Shown: positions 13,000 to 25,420 of the stretch, one piece after another
Layout: each line of letters starts with the position of its first letter
Numbering within the stretch: position 1 is the stretch's first letter
Assembly (NCBI GenBank): GCA_051294375.1
Contig: CM119263.1
Coordinates: forward strand, 22,842,833 to 22,906,832
Direction of reading: 5' to 3'
Source: Paraspadella gotoi
Taxonomy: Eukaryota; Animalia; Chaetognatha
DNA length: 64,000 bases
Position numbers and translations under genes: made by a program
The notes under the pieces: generated by a model
The model's database searches: none
Told to the model about the DNA's origin: nothing
What the model saw: the letters and a program-made list of their open reading frames with translations, nothing else

Positions 13000-13877
13000 A
13001 AAACTTTTTAATCTATATTCTTTAAATATATATGTATTGCTTTCTTAAAAAAAATTTTACTTATCATATATGTGTAAAGAGAGATCGTACGCGTGCAATA
13101 CTTGGCGTCGTTATGTAAATACTGATCTTTTGAAGAGACAGTAATTATTGATTTGTGTTAGTGACAGAACCGTTCATATAAGCAGTCCCTGAGCTTCGAT
13201 CAGGCTGTAACACCATGTTACAGGCGGGTTAAGCGCCCTGTCGGTAACGTGACCTGTGACCCTCAAAAGATGACGGATAGAGAGCTAGGTGGTACATGAT
13301 TGACTAGTCTTATTTTTTGAAGTTACCTGAAATAATTGCAGATTGCCAAAGTGGTATTAGTAAATCAAACAAGGTTTAAAATATTGCGTCTTACTCCCTT
13401 GAGATCTAAAAATGGAATGTACGAAATCTCGGCCTCCCTCTCGTCTCTCTTCCTTTGTTTATTCTACTTAAACAAAATGTTTACAAAATAGGCGCTGAGT
13501 TCTGGGAATCTATGAAATATTAAACTTTGGAACTGAAGAAATTTAGAGAGACAAAATTTGAACGAAAGTTAATTACTAAATTGTAGCTAATTAAAATATT
13601 ACTAACATCTCCCCCTAAACAAATTGTGTTAAATGGCAAATAGATGAGTAAGCTAAACAGTGAGTACAAATGATCACATGTAAGGCAGTAGTACAAATAA
13701 TCTTAATAGTTATAACAGTATTACAATTGATCAATATTGGGGAAAAGTAATTAGGACAAAAATAAATCTGCGCTGCATCTAATATGAAAAAACGTAACAA
13801 AAACAAAATTGTTTTGAAAATAAGTCGAAACTGCCGGCCAAACAGTAGGAACTAAAATGTAATATAATTAATTATTA

Positions 13878-16155
13878 CACTGTTTTTTTTAACCATGCAG
13901 TCGAAAATTTTCACAATCCTGTACAGTTTCTAGTATAATTTTAAGTGCTTAAACGATTAACAAGGTGTCGTCAATCAGATTTTGCATTAGACCTGCGCAC
14001 AATTTACCGGAAGTTGGCGTGGACTACAATATGGAATTTTCTTTTTACTACAAATTAAAAGTTAGGCAGTTGTTATTTACTTATCCTGCAATTAGTATAA
14101 TTATTTATAAGTAGTACTTAGACAAAAAATGTTCAATAAAGGCTTTTCATCAATAGTGGGCGTGTCCCAAACCGGAAATAGTGCTCGAATATCAATTAAA
14201 TATGTATTATTAAATGTTTTTGATCTATTCTGACTGCTAATGGTTTTTTCTGTTATATGAAGCTTTATCACAAAAGATTAACATCCATATCATAAAAAAA
14301 TTCAATCATATTTATCAATTATTACATCTTAAAAAGATTCGTTTTTTAATAGCCAAAGGACTTTAAACTTTAACTATAATATTCAAAATTTCATTTCAAT
14401 TTCATTCAATTAATGAGACTTTTCTAATTTAACAATTCCTGGTTTTAATTTTTAATACCTTTTACTAATTTAATTTTTTTTATCGGTAATTTTTTTACTG
14501 GCATACCATATTTTTGCTCAAAAACTATAGCCGGAAGTTAGACCCTTTTTTCATAAAGTTTTATGTAAATCTTTAGAGGGAATACCTTATTTTTAAGTTT
14601 TTCCAGGTGAAGGAGAAGAGAAACAATATCCATGCATCAAAAAGTTAATCAGATTTATAATTTTCTTTCTTTTCATTAAAAAAACCTTTAATCCAGCAAT
14701 AAAAAATATTATTTATACATTATGTGAAATCTTTCTTTTGTCGCGTTTTTGAATTAGAAAGAGTTTGAAGTAGTTCAAGCAATGATTTTTCTTTAAACAG
14801 TGAAAATTTTTTTTCAATATCTATCTCTCTCTCTCTCTGGCCTAAACCTAACCTGTCTTCACCTCGACCTCTATCCTTTTCCAAATCTTTGTTGAAAATT
14901 TTTCTCTCTCTCTTACTCTCTTTCTCTCTTCCTTACTCTCACCTAATTTCACTCTCTCTTCCTTTCTCTCCTCTCTCTCCCAAATATTTTTTGTGAAGTA
15001 AACTGTATACAATTCATAAATGTGGATGAAGACTTGAATTAAAAGTTGAAACATGTTCACTGTTTAAAATCTGATACGAAAATAAGAATCAGTTTTAATA
15101 AGCTGTATAAACTTTATTAATTAGTTTTTTTTGATTTAGTTTCATTTAACTTTAGTCCCAAGGGTTTTAGAAGTAAGACGACTCTTATTCAAACCTTGAG
15201 TATATCATATCAAGTTTCATTATAATAAATAATACAGCAATATAAAATTATTAAATATTTTTTCGTTTTGACAAGGAATAACAAATATTTAGTATTAAGC
15301 AATTCATAGTAGAATTTACAAGTTCATTTTATTACTTTCATGCTAATATTTTTATCTTTTGAACAAATCATTTTTCAAGGCAGTTCTTTTGTATTTTGCT
15401 TCTCTCTCTCTCTCTCAACCTGACTTTTTCTGGAACAATTTACTTTTACTCTGGACTGCCTTTAAAAATGATTAGTTCATAAGAATTAAAATGTTGGCAA
15501 AAAAGTAAGAAAATCATACTTATAAATCCTACCACGAATTGCTTAATACTAAATATTTTTTTATTCCTTGTCAAAAAAAGTTTATATGCTTAATACTAAA
15601 TCATTATCTCCTGTGCATATGATGTCTCTTCAACAACGAATTAATTCTGAATTTTAAGTTATTAGAGAACGAATCTTTTGTAACTGATATTTATTTTGTC
15701 TATTTAGAGCTATGATAGTTTTTTATGATATATATGATAATTCTTTGTGATACAACTATCATATGATAATAAAAAACCATTATATTTATAGTAGATCAAA
15801 AACTATTAATATTGCGTATTTTATCAGTTTTTGAGCATCATTTCCGGTTTTGGACACGCCCACTATGGGTAAGAACCTTTTTTTAAAAAAAATTTAAAGT
15901 AAAACCTATTAAATATTGAGAGTAAACTCAAATTTAGGCAATTATTATTTTTATAAAACTATTTTTTTATCTTGCAATTAAAGAAAAGAGAAAAATTCCA
16001 TTTTGTAGTCAACGTCAACTTCCGGTCAATTGTGCGTAGGTCTAACGCAAAATCTGATTGACGACACCTTGTTAATCGTTTTAAGTACTTAAAATTATAC
16101 TAGAAACTGTACAGGATTGTAAAAATTTTCGACTGCATGGTTAAAAAAAACAGTG
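13878..16155. mobile_element. Non-autonomous DNA transposon with ~350-bp imperfect TIRs (CACTG termini, TA flanks; EnSpm- or Tc1-like)
   Basis: TA|CACTGTTTTTTTTTAACCATGCAGTCG ... CGACTGCATGGTTAAAAAAAACAGTG|TA. A partial related copy lies at ~35982-36350. Confidence 0.82.
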
Positions 16156-17252
16156 TATTAATTATATATATATTGGGAACCAGTATGTAAACAAACATCA
16201 AACAATTCACGTAAATATGGCAGTCATTCATAGTCCCGAAATCGTTCATTCATTCATCAATTTTCAATATTTTTTTCACAAATCAACGGAAAATTTTTTT
16301 TCTTGATCTAATTTGTCCATTACATCAATCAAGGAAAACTCATTCTGCTCTTCCTTTTCCTAACCCCAAAATGGTAAGTGTAACGGATCAGTCTATCATC
16401 CTCTTAAAAGGTGCGCAATTATAATTACGTCACCGATTTTCAATAAGAATTAATTGTTTCATAATTTTAATTTAAATTCAAAACAGTGCCGGCAACCTCA
16501 GTTTTCTGAGAGTGCAGAGAGCCGCAATGTCCTTTTAACAGTGCAAAAGGGTAAGAGACTCAGAACCTTAAGGTAAGATTATTTCGCCAGTGCGGGTTTT
16601 TTAGTTAAGTAAAAATATAAAGTATTATTTTTGTAAAATATTTCGTAAACACTAATGCAGAAATTTGTTTTCGTTTGGTCTGCGGCGCCATTTTACACTC
16701 TGCTCGCCAAACTAGGCTGGAAATATGGGAAATCATGTTCCATTCCCGTCACCAATCAAGGCGTTTTCGGCATTTGTCAGCCCGACCCTTCTACTCTTTA
16801 CTTGGTCATTCTTGTTGCATTTTCAATTGTCTGTCTGGCATTGCTCATTGGCATCGTCCGCCTTCAATGTCGTCATTGTGTCGGTAAGAGAAAGGTGCAA
16901 ATTAATTCAGTGCCGAAACATGCAAAAAGAAATCATAATTTCGAAATGAAAAGTGCAAAAGAATTCGTGCAACAGATATTAAAAAGGGTGCAAAAATTTC
17001 AGGATCGTCCAGTTCAAAGTATCATTTGTCCGTTCCCTGTACTCTGCCGGTCGCGCCTCAGCGCAAATCGAAAAACCAAATCGCGGACATTGAAGATCAC
17101 TCCGAAGTTTAGATAAACCCATTCGAATGTTATTTCAATGTAAATTTACACCGTCTTATTTAGGTTCTATAAATATTCGAATTAATTATTCATTGATCTA
17201 AATAATTAATATTCATATTTCTAATTTGTCAAACCATTATCAGGTTGGTTGA

Positions 17253-18007
17253 TGTTACGAGGCTAGGGATCTCGCCCCTGCTCAGCAACTTAAGGATAGG
17301 AAGGAAGAGAGAGGTACCTGAGCTAGTCTTCTCGCCCCTGCTCAGCAACCTAAGGATAGGAAGGAGAAGAGAGGTACCTGAGCTAGTCTGCTCGCCCCTG
17401 CTCACCTACCTGAGGTTAGGAAGGAAGCGATAGGTACCTGAGCAAGTTTTCTCGTCACTCCTCTGCTATGTCAGCTATCTCAGCATAGATCATCTAATGA
17501 GAAGTTGGCGAGAAAACAGAAGAACCAATGACAAGCTTGCACACCTCAGCAAGAGAGAGAGGAGGAAAGAGAGATCTCAGATACCACAGCCCTCAGCCAA
17601 TAGGAGAGAGAGGAGAGCTGAGGGTCCTCAAGGGGTACTCAGGTTCCTTAGCCTTGCACCAATGAGATGCTCTATTTTATGTAGATGAGGAGGAAGGGTA
17701 GGCTAGGTTTTTCTATAAAAAGGAGTGTAACAAGGCTTCTGGGGGCAGTTCAGCGGCCTCCCAAGAAGAAAGAAGAACAACTGCGCCCAGAAAGACCAGC
17801 GGACCTAAGGACTCAGGATCATAGAGGAACTATGCCCAAATCTCCCTGGATAGGAAATCCTTGGCCTGGCAACGTCCCTCACTGTTGGAAATAAAGGATG
17901 CTAATAAACTACAAATAAAACTCTAATAAAACGTTTTTCCTGATAGGAAAAAGTAGCTACTGGGTAGTTGTAGGATTGATCTTTTTTGCGGCCCGAAATC
18001 CGCAACA
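17253..18007 (+). mobile_element. Solo LTR, 755 bp
   Basis: TGTTACG...CGCAACA termini with a 5-bp TSD GTTGA. It has three 60-bp tandem repeats (~17270-17456), TATAAAA at ~17714 and clustered AATAAA at ~17890-17930. Confidence 0.85.
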
Positions 18008-18597
18008 GTTGACTTTGATCGGCAACCTGACAACATGCATGTTTCATTCTTCAATTCGTTTCATCATATCAAATATTAACGTTATTAACGATTTGAATTA
18101 AATTTAAATATATGAATTTTAATTTTCGCTTTCGATCGATCAACTTAAAGTCAATAATTTCTACGAGACTTTAGCTTTCCCACATTTCCTTACAAATCGG
18201 TCGTTCTCGGAATTGCGGTTCAGTATCGCAGAACAGCAGTCGGTCGACGAGTTCCGCTAAAACGCGCGTTTTCTTGACATTCAGGTGAGTTCGGTCCGCA
18301 TCGTACAAATTATTGTCTAACACTAACCGACCGTATCTTTTCGTGCGGAAACAATTTTGTTTAACCATTTCAAAGGTTGAACGTCAAGAAAATAATCTTT
18401 TACAAGTCGATTGAGACGTGAAAATAAAAATATTTGACGTAATATTTTTATATAATATAAGTCGTGATCTACTTATTTGGCTTTAGGTTAATGTTTTGGT
18501 TTTCGAGTAAGCAATATCCAAAAATTCATCGTTATCTACAATAAATCATGTTCGTATGTCAGAGAGGCTAAAACAAAAACAAAAAAATATACTAAAC

Positions 18598-19319
18598 TAG
18601 GACTAAGCTCTGACGACCAAAGCCCGAGGTTTTTTTAATATATTCTTATACCGGCCAAGGTAGAATGATGGCAATATTGTTAATATTAAGTTTCAAAAAA
18701 ATCCGACTATAAATATAGAAAATATTAACCAAAATCTTCGGAAAATTCACCCCTTCTTTGGAAGATTTTCGCCATAGAAGATTTTTCCCGAATGTGACTC
18801 CCGGTTGAAAACTCTTAGAATTCCGATGTTAGCTGCTCTTTTACTTTTACTTTAAATAAAAATTTCACCAAAATGGACTAATTCACTTTACCATGATCGT
18901 ATCATATCAAAATAACCTAATAAAATGTAAAGAAAAATTTTGAGAGCCCTTCAGATACTTTGCCAAAGGATTCCAAAATTGGACCTCATTTATTGAACAG
19001 GAACATACCTCAGTCACGTTTATATCGTTTTCAAGGAAAAAAATTCCTTTCATTTCTATATAAAATCAGAGATGGAAAATTTTTTTGTCCAGAAGCAATC
19101 TATTTGTTCTGGCTTGTTTGATATCAAGATGTTGATGATTTGACAAGAGAAAAAAAATGCGAGCCCTTCAGATGCAACAGGATCGGAATCAAGTGTTTTT
19201 ACATCGATATTTTACCAGAATTTTTACCAGGAGCGTTTATATTGTTTGGTAGTCAGATTTGAATGAAAATCTCCATTGAAAAAGTCTTCCTCGATCTCTA
19301 AGAACGACGTAGACTCCTA
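18598..19319. mobile_element. Non-autonomous DNA transposon, TAGGA...TCCTA ends, apparent 7-bp TSD
   Basis: ACTAAAC flanks both sides. A near-identical copy is at 20562-21279. Confidence 0.7.
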
Positions 19320-20561
19320 ACTAAACGTTTTAGGAAAAAATTTCGTTTCATTGGGAAAAGAAAAAAAAATCTTATATTACCCCCTTATCAACTCGGACAA
19401 AAACAATCATTCGCGCGTACAGATAACTTCGAGGCTGTCCGTTAAGCGAACAACGCTGGCCACCATGTCGGTAACGTGACCTGTGACCCTCAAAAGATGA
19501 CGGATAGAGAGCTTGGTGGTACATGATTGACTAGTCTTATTTTTTGAAGTTACCTGAAATAATTACAGATTGCCAAAGTTGTATTAGTAAATCAAACAAT
19601 TGTTAAAATATTGCGTCTTACTCCCTTGAGATCTAAAAATGGAATGTACTAAAATCTCGGCCTCCCTCTCGTCTCTCTTCTTTTGTTTATTCTACTTAGA
19701 CAAAATGTTTACAAAATAGGCGCCGAGTTCCTGGGAATCTATGAAATATTAAACTTTGGAACTGAGAAAATTTAGAGAGACAAAATTTGAATGAAAGTTA
19801 ATTACTAAATTGGAGGCTAATTAAAATATTACTAACAGCCCCGTCCTTAACTGCTAGGCGACCACCGGGCTAGAACCCCGGACCTTTGGGTTGGGAGGCG
19901 AATGACTTGCCTCCGGCACCAATGGCCGCTGATGAACGGTTGATAGATTTTAGTCCACCATACATCCCCCCTCCCATAGGGAGAAGTCTGTTTCGTCTCT
20001 TCAGTGAATTGTTGTTGGTGGAAAGTGTATCACCAAGTCGAGGCAAGGTGCCTGATGTGTTGTTGGTGGAAAGTGCATCGCCAGGTTGAGGCATGTCGCC
20101 TGAAAGTGTTGTTGTTGGCTTGTTGCTATTGTGTTCGGAAGTCGGGCTCACCAATGAATAGACAGTAATTATTGATTTGTGTTAGTGACAGAACCGTTCA
20201 ATATAAGCAGTCACTGAGCTTCAGATCAGGCTGTAACACCATGTTACAGGCGGGTTAAGCGCCCCATCCCTCTTAACTGCTAGGCGACCACCAGGCTAGA
20301 ACCCCGGACCTTTGGGTTGGGAGGCGAATGACTTGCCTCCGGCACCAATGGCCGCTGATGAACGGTTGATAGATTTTAGTCCACCATACTTTGTTAGTTC
20401 GTTGCCAACCATTTAGAAAAGCTCAGTACTGTTAAAAAGAATACCAGGGATCGCCCGTTAATGGAAGATATTAAGATATTTTTCTACACTCCCCTGAGGA
20501 TACCTACTACGTAAGAAATAAGAAATGAACTTGAAGAATAATTGTCTGATATTATTATTAT

Positions 20562-21279
20562 TAGGATTAAGCTCTGGCAAACAAAGCCTGAGGTTTTTTT
20601 AATATATTCTTATACTGGCCAAGGTAGAAGGATGGCAATATTGTTAATATTAAGTTTCAAAAAAATCCGACAATAAATATAGAAAATATTAACCAAAATC
20701 TTCGGAAAATTCACCCCTTCTTTGGAAGATTTTCGCCATAGAAGATTTTTCCCGAATCTGACTCCTGGTTGAAAACTCTTAGAATTTCGATCGTTAGCTC
20801 ATTTACTTTTACTTTAAATAAAATTTTAACCAAAATGGACTAATTCACTTTACCATGATCGTATCATATCAAAATAACCTAATAAAATGTAAAAAAAAAT
20901 TTTGAGAGCCCTTCAGACACTTTGCCAAAGGATTCCAAAATTGGACCTCATTTGTTGAACAGGAACATACCTCAGTCACGTTTATATCATTTTCAAGGAA
21001 AAAAATCCCTTTCATTTCTATATAAAATCAGAGATGGAAAATTTTTCCGTCCAGAAGCAGTCTATTTGTTTTGGCTTGTTTGATATCAAGATGATGATGA
21101 TTTAAAGAAAAAAAAAATGCAAGCCCTTCAGATGCAACAGGATCAGAATTAAGTGTTTTTACATCGATATTTTACCAGAATTTTTACCAGGAACGTTTAT
21201 ATTGTTTGGTAGTCAGATTTGAACGAAAATCTCCATTGAAAAAGTCTTCCTCGATCTCTAAGAATGACATAGACTCCTA
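20562..21279. mobile_element. Second copy of the TAGGA...TCCTA element
   Basis: Colinear with 18598-19319 and flanked by TTATTAT on both sides (low complexity). Confidence 0.7.
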
Positions 21280-21360
21280 TTATTATTGTTTTTAAAGGTT
21301 TTTAACATCTGAAGAGACAAAATGATTGTTATGTGTAAGTGACAGAACCGTTCAATATAA

Positions 21361-21434
21361 GCAGTCCCTGGGCTTCGGATCAGGCTGTAACACCGTGTTA
21401 CAGGCGGGTTAAGCACCCCATCCCTCTTAACTGC
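21361..21434 (-). ncRNA. Type-P5 twister candidate in a TRIM LTR (partner copy at 21780-21853; another at 20207-20280)
   Basis: Family consensus: GCAGUU-AA-GAGG-GA-CGG-GGCGCU-U^AA-CCC-GC-CUGUAACA(CGG)UGUUACAG-CCUGA-U-CCG-AA-GC-UCAGG-GACUGC. This copy has UGG and GGUGCU (wobble substitutions). Predicted cut at 21411/21410. Confidence 0.68.
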
Positions 21435-21856
21435 TAGGCGGCTACCGGGCTAGAACCCCGGACCTTTGGGTTGGGAGGCGAATGACTTGCCTCCGGCACC
21501 AATGGCCGCTGATGAACGATTGGTGGATTTTAGTCCACCATACATCCCCCCCTCCCATAGGTAGAAGTTTGTTGCGTCTCTTCAGTGAATTGTTGTCGGT
21601 GGAAAGTTCGTCACCAAGTTTAGGCATGTTGCCTGATGTGTTGTGGGTGGAAAGTGCATCGCCAGGTTGAGGCATGTTGCCTGAAAGTGTTGTTGTTGCT
21701 GTTGTGTTCGGAAGTCGGGCTCACCAATGAAGAGACAGTAATTATTGTTATGTGTTAGTGACAGAACCGTTCAATATAAGCAGTCACTGAGCTTCGGATA
21801 GGGCTGTAACACCGTGTTACAGGCGGGTTAAGCGCCCCGTCCCTCTTAACTGCTAG

Positions 21857-21928
21857 GCGGCCACCGGGCTAAAACCCCGGACCTTTGGGTTGGGAGGCTA
21901 ATGACATGCCTCCGGCACCAATGGCCGC
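21857..21928 (-). promoter_or_regulatory. tRNA-derived segment (putative internal Pol III promoter) in the TRIM LTR; not a functional tRNA
   Basis: 72 nt bounded by acceptor-like GCGGCCA/TGGCCGC. The family consensus has ATTCGCCTCCCAA (Gly-CCC-like loop) and a T-arm/B-box-like CCGGGGTTCTAGCCCGG. The anticodon stem does not pair. Also at 21438-21509 and 39450-39520. Confidence 0.62.
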
Positions 21929-24900
21929 TGATGAACGGTTGGTGGATTTTAGTCCACCATACATCTCTATATCATCATTTTGTTATCAATATGGGCGTTC
22001 TGGAGTGAGGGAATTTTTGAGCTGGGACTTACCGTTTTTTTTTTAAATAAAAATTATTTTGATTTACGATGAAGTTTTATAAAAGTGTGCGATCATAGTA
22101 AGTTAAAAATTTAGATATGGCTTCTCATCTTGAAATAGCTTTGATATTTTCATATTACATTTGGATTTAATTATTTTTTTTTGAATTTCCACTTCATTAA
22201 GATTTACTGCAATATGCAAATGAGATTATAGTACTCATTACAATATTCAAATTAGTATATAAAATGCTTTAATCTAATTTACATATTGTAGTATATATTA
22301 TTGAAGATGAAATTCATAAAATTTTTTTAACAAACATGGGAAATCACAAGACCTTTTTAATGTGAAGCTATATCTTAATTTTAATACAAATAAAAATAAA
22401 GTCTTTTACAACCTATGATTGAAAACAATTGGAAAAATTTCCAATTGTAAACAATTGTAACATATTTTTGCCTTTCTTTTATTTTTTTAAATTATAAATA
22501 TATATTTTTTTCTTTTTCTGAAAAAACGAGTTCAGGCTTTGCAGTGACTGTACAGCGGCTTTCCAGCAGCTGTCTTGCTTTGTCTCTCTCTGTCTGTCTC
22601 TCTCTGTGTTTCTCTCTCTCTCTCTCTCTCTCTCTGTACGATCTCTTTCGGCAGTGATTTTGATTCGGGTATTTTAAACATTGAAATTGAAACTTAAATA
22701 ACTATTAATTCTTTTTTCCCACTGATAAATATGAAACTTTCTTTATTTAAAAAAACGGTTGGCATTAGTTATCTTCTCCTTATAACATAGAACTCACTGG
22801 GTGAATTTCTATGCTTTAAAAATACGGTAAGGCATGATTTCTTTCACGTTAATCATTCCAATTACGGTATCAGCCTTTTTTAAGAAGAAACTAAAAACGA
22901 TTTTTCATGGTAAGAACAACTTTTAAAGATAAAATTGCTCGTAAGATCTTTCTGCGGTTTTTAGATATACTACTGCTTAGGCAAAAAATTGGCACGCTAT
23001 ATTATTAAACTTTTTTTTTGTTTTCCACTTCTTTTCTTATTTTCTTTCTTTCTCATTCTCTCTGTGTGAAGTTTTTTGTTGTTTCACGCCCCCATAATAA
23101 GCATTAAATTTTATTTTATTTAGACATAGTCAGTCACTCTTGTCCTTCAACTGTTCTCTCCCTCAATACTATCCATAACTCATTTCTTTGGTGGACGTTC
23201 TCTCTCTCTCTCTCTCTCTCTTTCTTTATCATAATGTTTGGTAAAATTTCTTATAAAATTAACACTGCGCTGAAGAAGACTCGAAAAAGAATCAAAACAT
23301 GTCCATTTTAAAAATAAAACTCATTGTTTCTAAACAAAAATAATCTTTGTTTTCTCTCTCAATTTTATTTCGAGAAAACTTTGGTAGCGTATGATTTTAT
23401 TCAAAGTTTGGTTGCCGAGCAGATTTAAAAAATCGTACAAACGTTGCATTTAGGAAAAAAACGACTCTTTCCAATATTGTTCAGCTGTTTCTTATAATGT
23501 TGATTAACTTTGTACCACAACACAAATTAGGCCGAACGAAGGATTGGTTAAAAACATCTCCACCCGTTTCTAATGATAAAATAGTACCATTTTGGCAACT
23601 TTTAGCCAAAAAAATTATGTCCATTTTTGTCCATTTTTACTTACGACTTCTGATTTGAATGCCAAGGAAAGTTGAGAAAAATTTTTTACTTTGGAAATCC
23701 GTTCTTTCTTATCTTCTTTACTTACCCCTGGGTAGATTTATTAGTTTAAATCATTTATAGTTTGCCTATGAATTAATTTTAAAGTTAACAAGTCAAAAAG
23801 TTGCAGTTTCAGTCTTTATCATAATTTGTTAAACAAAAATAAATCAAATTAATTGAAAGTAACAGAAAATATAGCCTATTGACTAAGCTTTTCACACCTA
23901 TAAAATTATCAAAAAAACTTTTTTGGTTTAGCCACAAATAATTTTTAAAGGCGTCTTTTAATTTGTGACTTTTTGTGACTTGCATTTATTTTTGATAAAG
24001 ATAATATTTTCAACTCAATCATTAGTTTTAAAAGATGAGGTACATACTGACCTTGATTAATAAAAAAAAACCGCACCCTTTTAAGCCAATGGAAAGCGTC
24101 AGGACTTGTTTTTTCTCAAAATCGACATCTGCCGATTTACTAAATTTGCTAGGCAACCAAAATTGAAATAAAAATCATGCGCTACCGTTCATTTTCTTTC
24201 TTATAATGCTTATTAAAGAATTTCTTTGATTTGGCTCAATGTAAATGTTGTGAGAGGGAAGACGAAAGGGAAAACTATAAAAGGAGAAGGGGAGAGAATG
24301 AAAGAGATGGTGAAAGGCAAAAAAACGAAGGCATATGGGGAAAAATACTAAAACAATTGTAAGGTGAGAAAAGAGGGAAAAATGGAAAGAAAAAGAGGGG
24401 AAAAGAAAAGGGAAGAATGAAGATGAGAAAAAAAGGTAAGGAAAGTGCATGAGTGGCAGAAAAAAATAGGGGCCGAAAAATGGTAAGTGACAGCGTGAAA
24501 AGTAAGGGAGGAAAGAGGAATAGGAAAATATAAAGTAAGAGAAGAAAAGATGTGAAGAAAAATAATCAGGAAAAGCGTATGAAGGAAAAAAAATTATATC
24601 AGATAATGTGGCGTCTTACCTAAAAACTTTTATGCAAGTAAAAGACGTGAAGATTCTTATGAGGAATTCGATCTTTAAAAATTATTTATACCATAAAAAT
24701 TCGAACATACTTCTATCTAAAATTATGCAGTTAATGAGATTAGAAAAACAATCATTGAAGAAATCATGTCTTACCGTATTTTTAACTCTTAGAAATTTAC
24801 AATGGGAAGTTCTAAGTGATAAGAAGGAATTGAGACGACCGTTTTTTTAAATGAAGTAAGCTTCATACTTGCCAATGAGATCAAGAAAGATGGTAATTAT

Positions 24901-25407
24901 TTAAGTTCAGATTTCGTTGTCTAAAAGAGTCTGATTGTATGCGAAACCTGTGATGATAACCAAATGATTGATGTGATAATAACCAAATGGTTGATGCGAT
25001 GATAGTCATTCATTGATGTGATGATAATCATTCATTGATACGATGATAGTCATTCATTGATGCGATGTTAGTCATTCATTGACGCAATGAACGATTCATC
25101 ATAAATAAAACAAACAAATGCGTGTATTGAGGCGACTTACCACCGGTCTCTCTCTCTAAACCCTTCCTCTCTCCTCTTTCTTCGAGCCGGTCTATTCCAC
25201 ACGGTCACTTTGCCCTAGCTTTGGCAATGACCTTAGATTGACCGGACACAGTAATAGGACCGAGGCGACCGTAAGGTCAAGTTGGTCCGGGCGATGATAA
25301 AAGTGGATCAGGAGAGAGCTAGTCTCACTTCTTTTCTACTTCTCTTACATCGTCACAATTCTTCACCTTCTCCTCACTTTTATTATTATTATTTTCGTCT
25401 TCTACAT

Positions 25408-25420
25408 TGGTGATCCCGAC
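25408..25420 (+). promoter_or_regulatory. Primer binding site, tRNA-Trp
   Basis: TGGTGATCCCGAC lies 1 nt after the LTR and is a 12/13 match to TGGTGACCCCGAC, the complement of the tRNA-Trp 3' end. Confidence 0.85.

Larger units (their letters stand above)
13239..19837 (-). mobile_element. Non-autonomous LTR retroelement (LARD-like), no gag/pol recognised
   Basis: TG...CA LTRs at 13239-13607 and 19466-19837, with TSD GCCC. On the minus strand the PBS TGGTGGCCAGCG (tRNA-Leu-like) abuts 19465 and the PPT AGGGGGAGA abuts 13608. Confidence 0.88.
13131..20388 (-). mobile_element. TRIM family 1, copy 1, with one LTR split by a 6.6-kb nested LTR element
   Basis: LTRs at 13131-13238 + 19842-19962 and at 20155-20388. 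The 4-bp TSD is CTTT (13127-13130 / 20389-20392). PBS and PPT lie between the LTRs. Confidence 0.88.
21310..21961 (-). mobile_element. TRIM family 1, copy 2, intact LTR-internal-LTR (652 bp)
   Basis: LTRs at 21310-21542 and 21728-21961, TSD CATC. The minus-strand PBS TGGTGAGCCCGAC is at 21726-21714 and the PPT GGGAGGGGGGGA is next to 21543. The interior has ~42-bp repeats and no coding capacity. Confidence 0.93.

Noticed and set aside
16655-17116. 153-aa ORF with a hydrophobic segment (env-like?)
   Set aside because: It is antisense to the LTR element, has no recognisable motif and has no second copy to test conservation.
21509-21542. CTGATGA in the TRIM LTR as a hammerhead core
   Set aside because: There is no downstream GAAA after a helix II and no NUH site in register.
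21857-21928. Functional tRNA-Gly gene
   Set aside because: The anticodon and D stems do not pair, and the segment is embedded in a mobile LTR.
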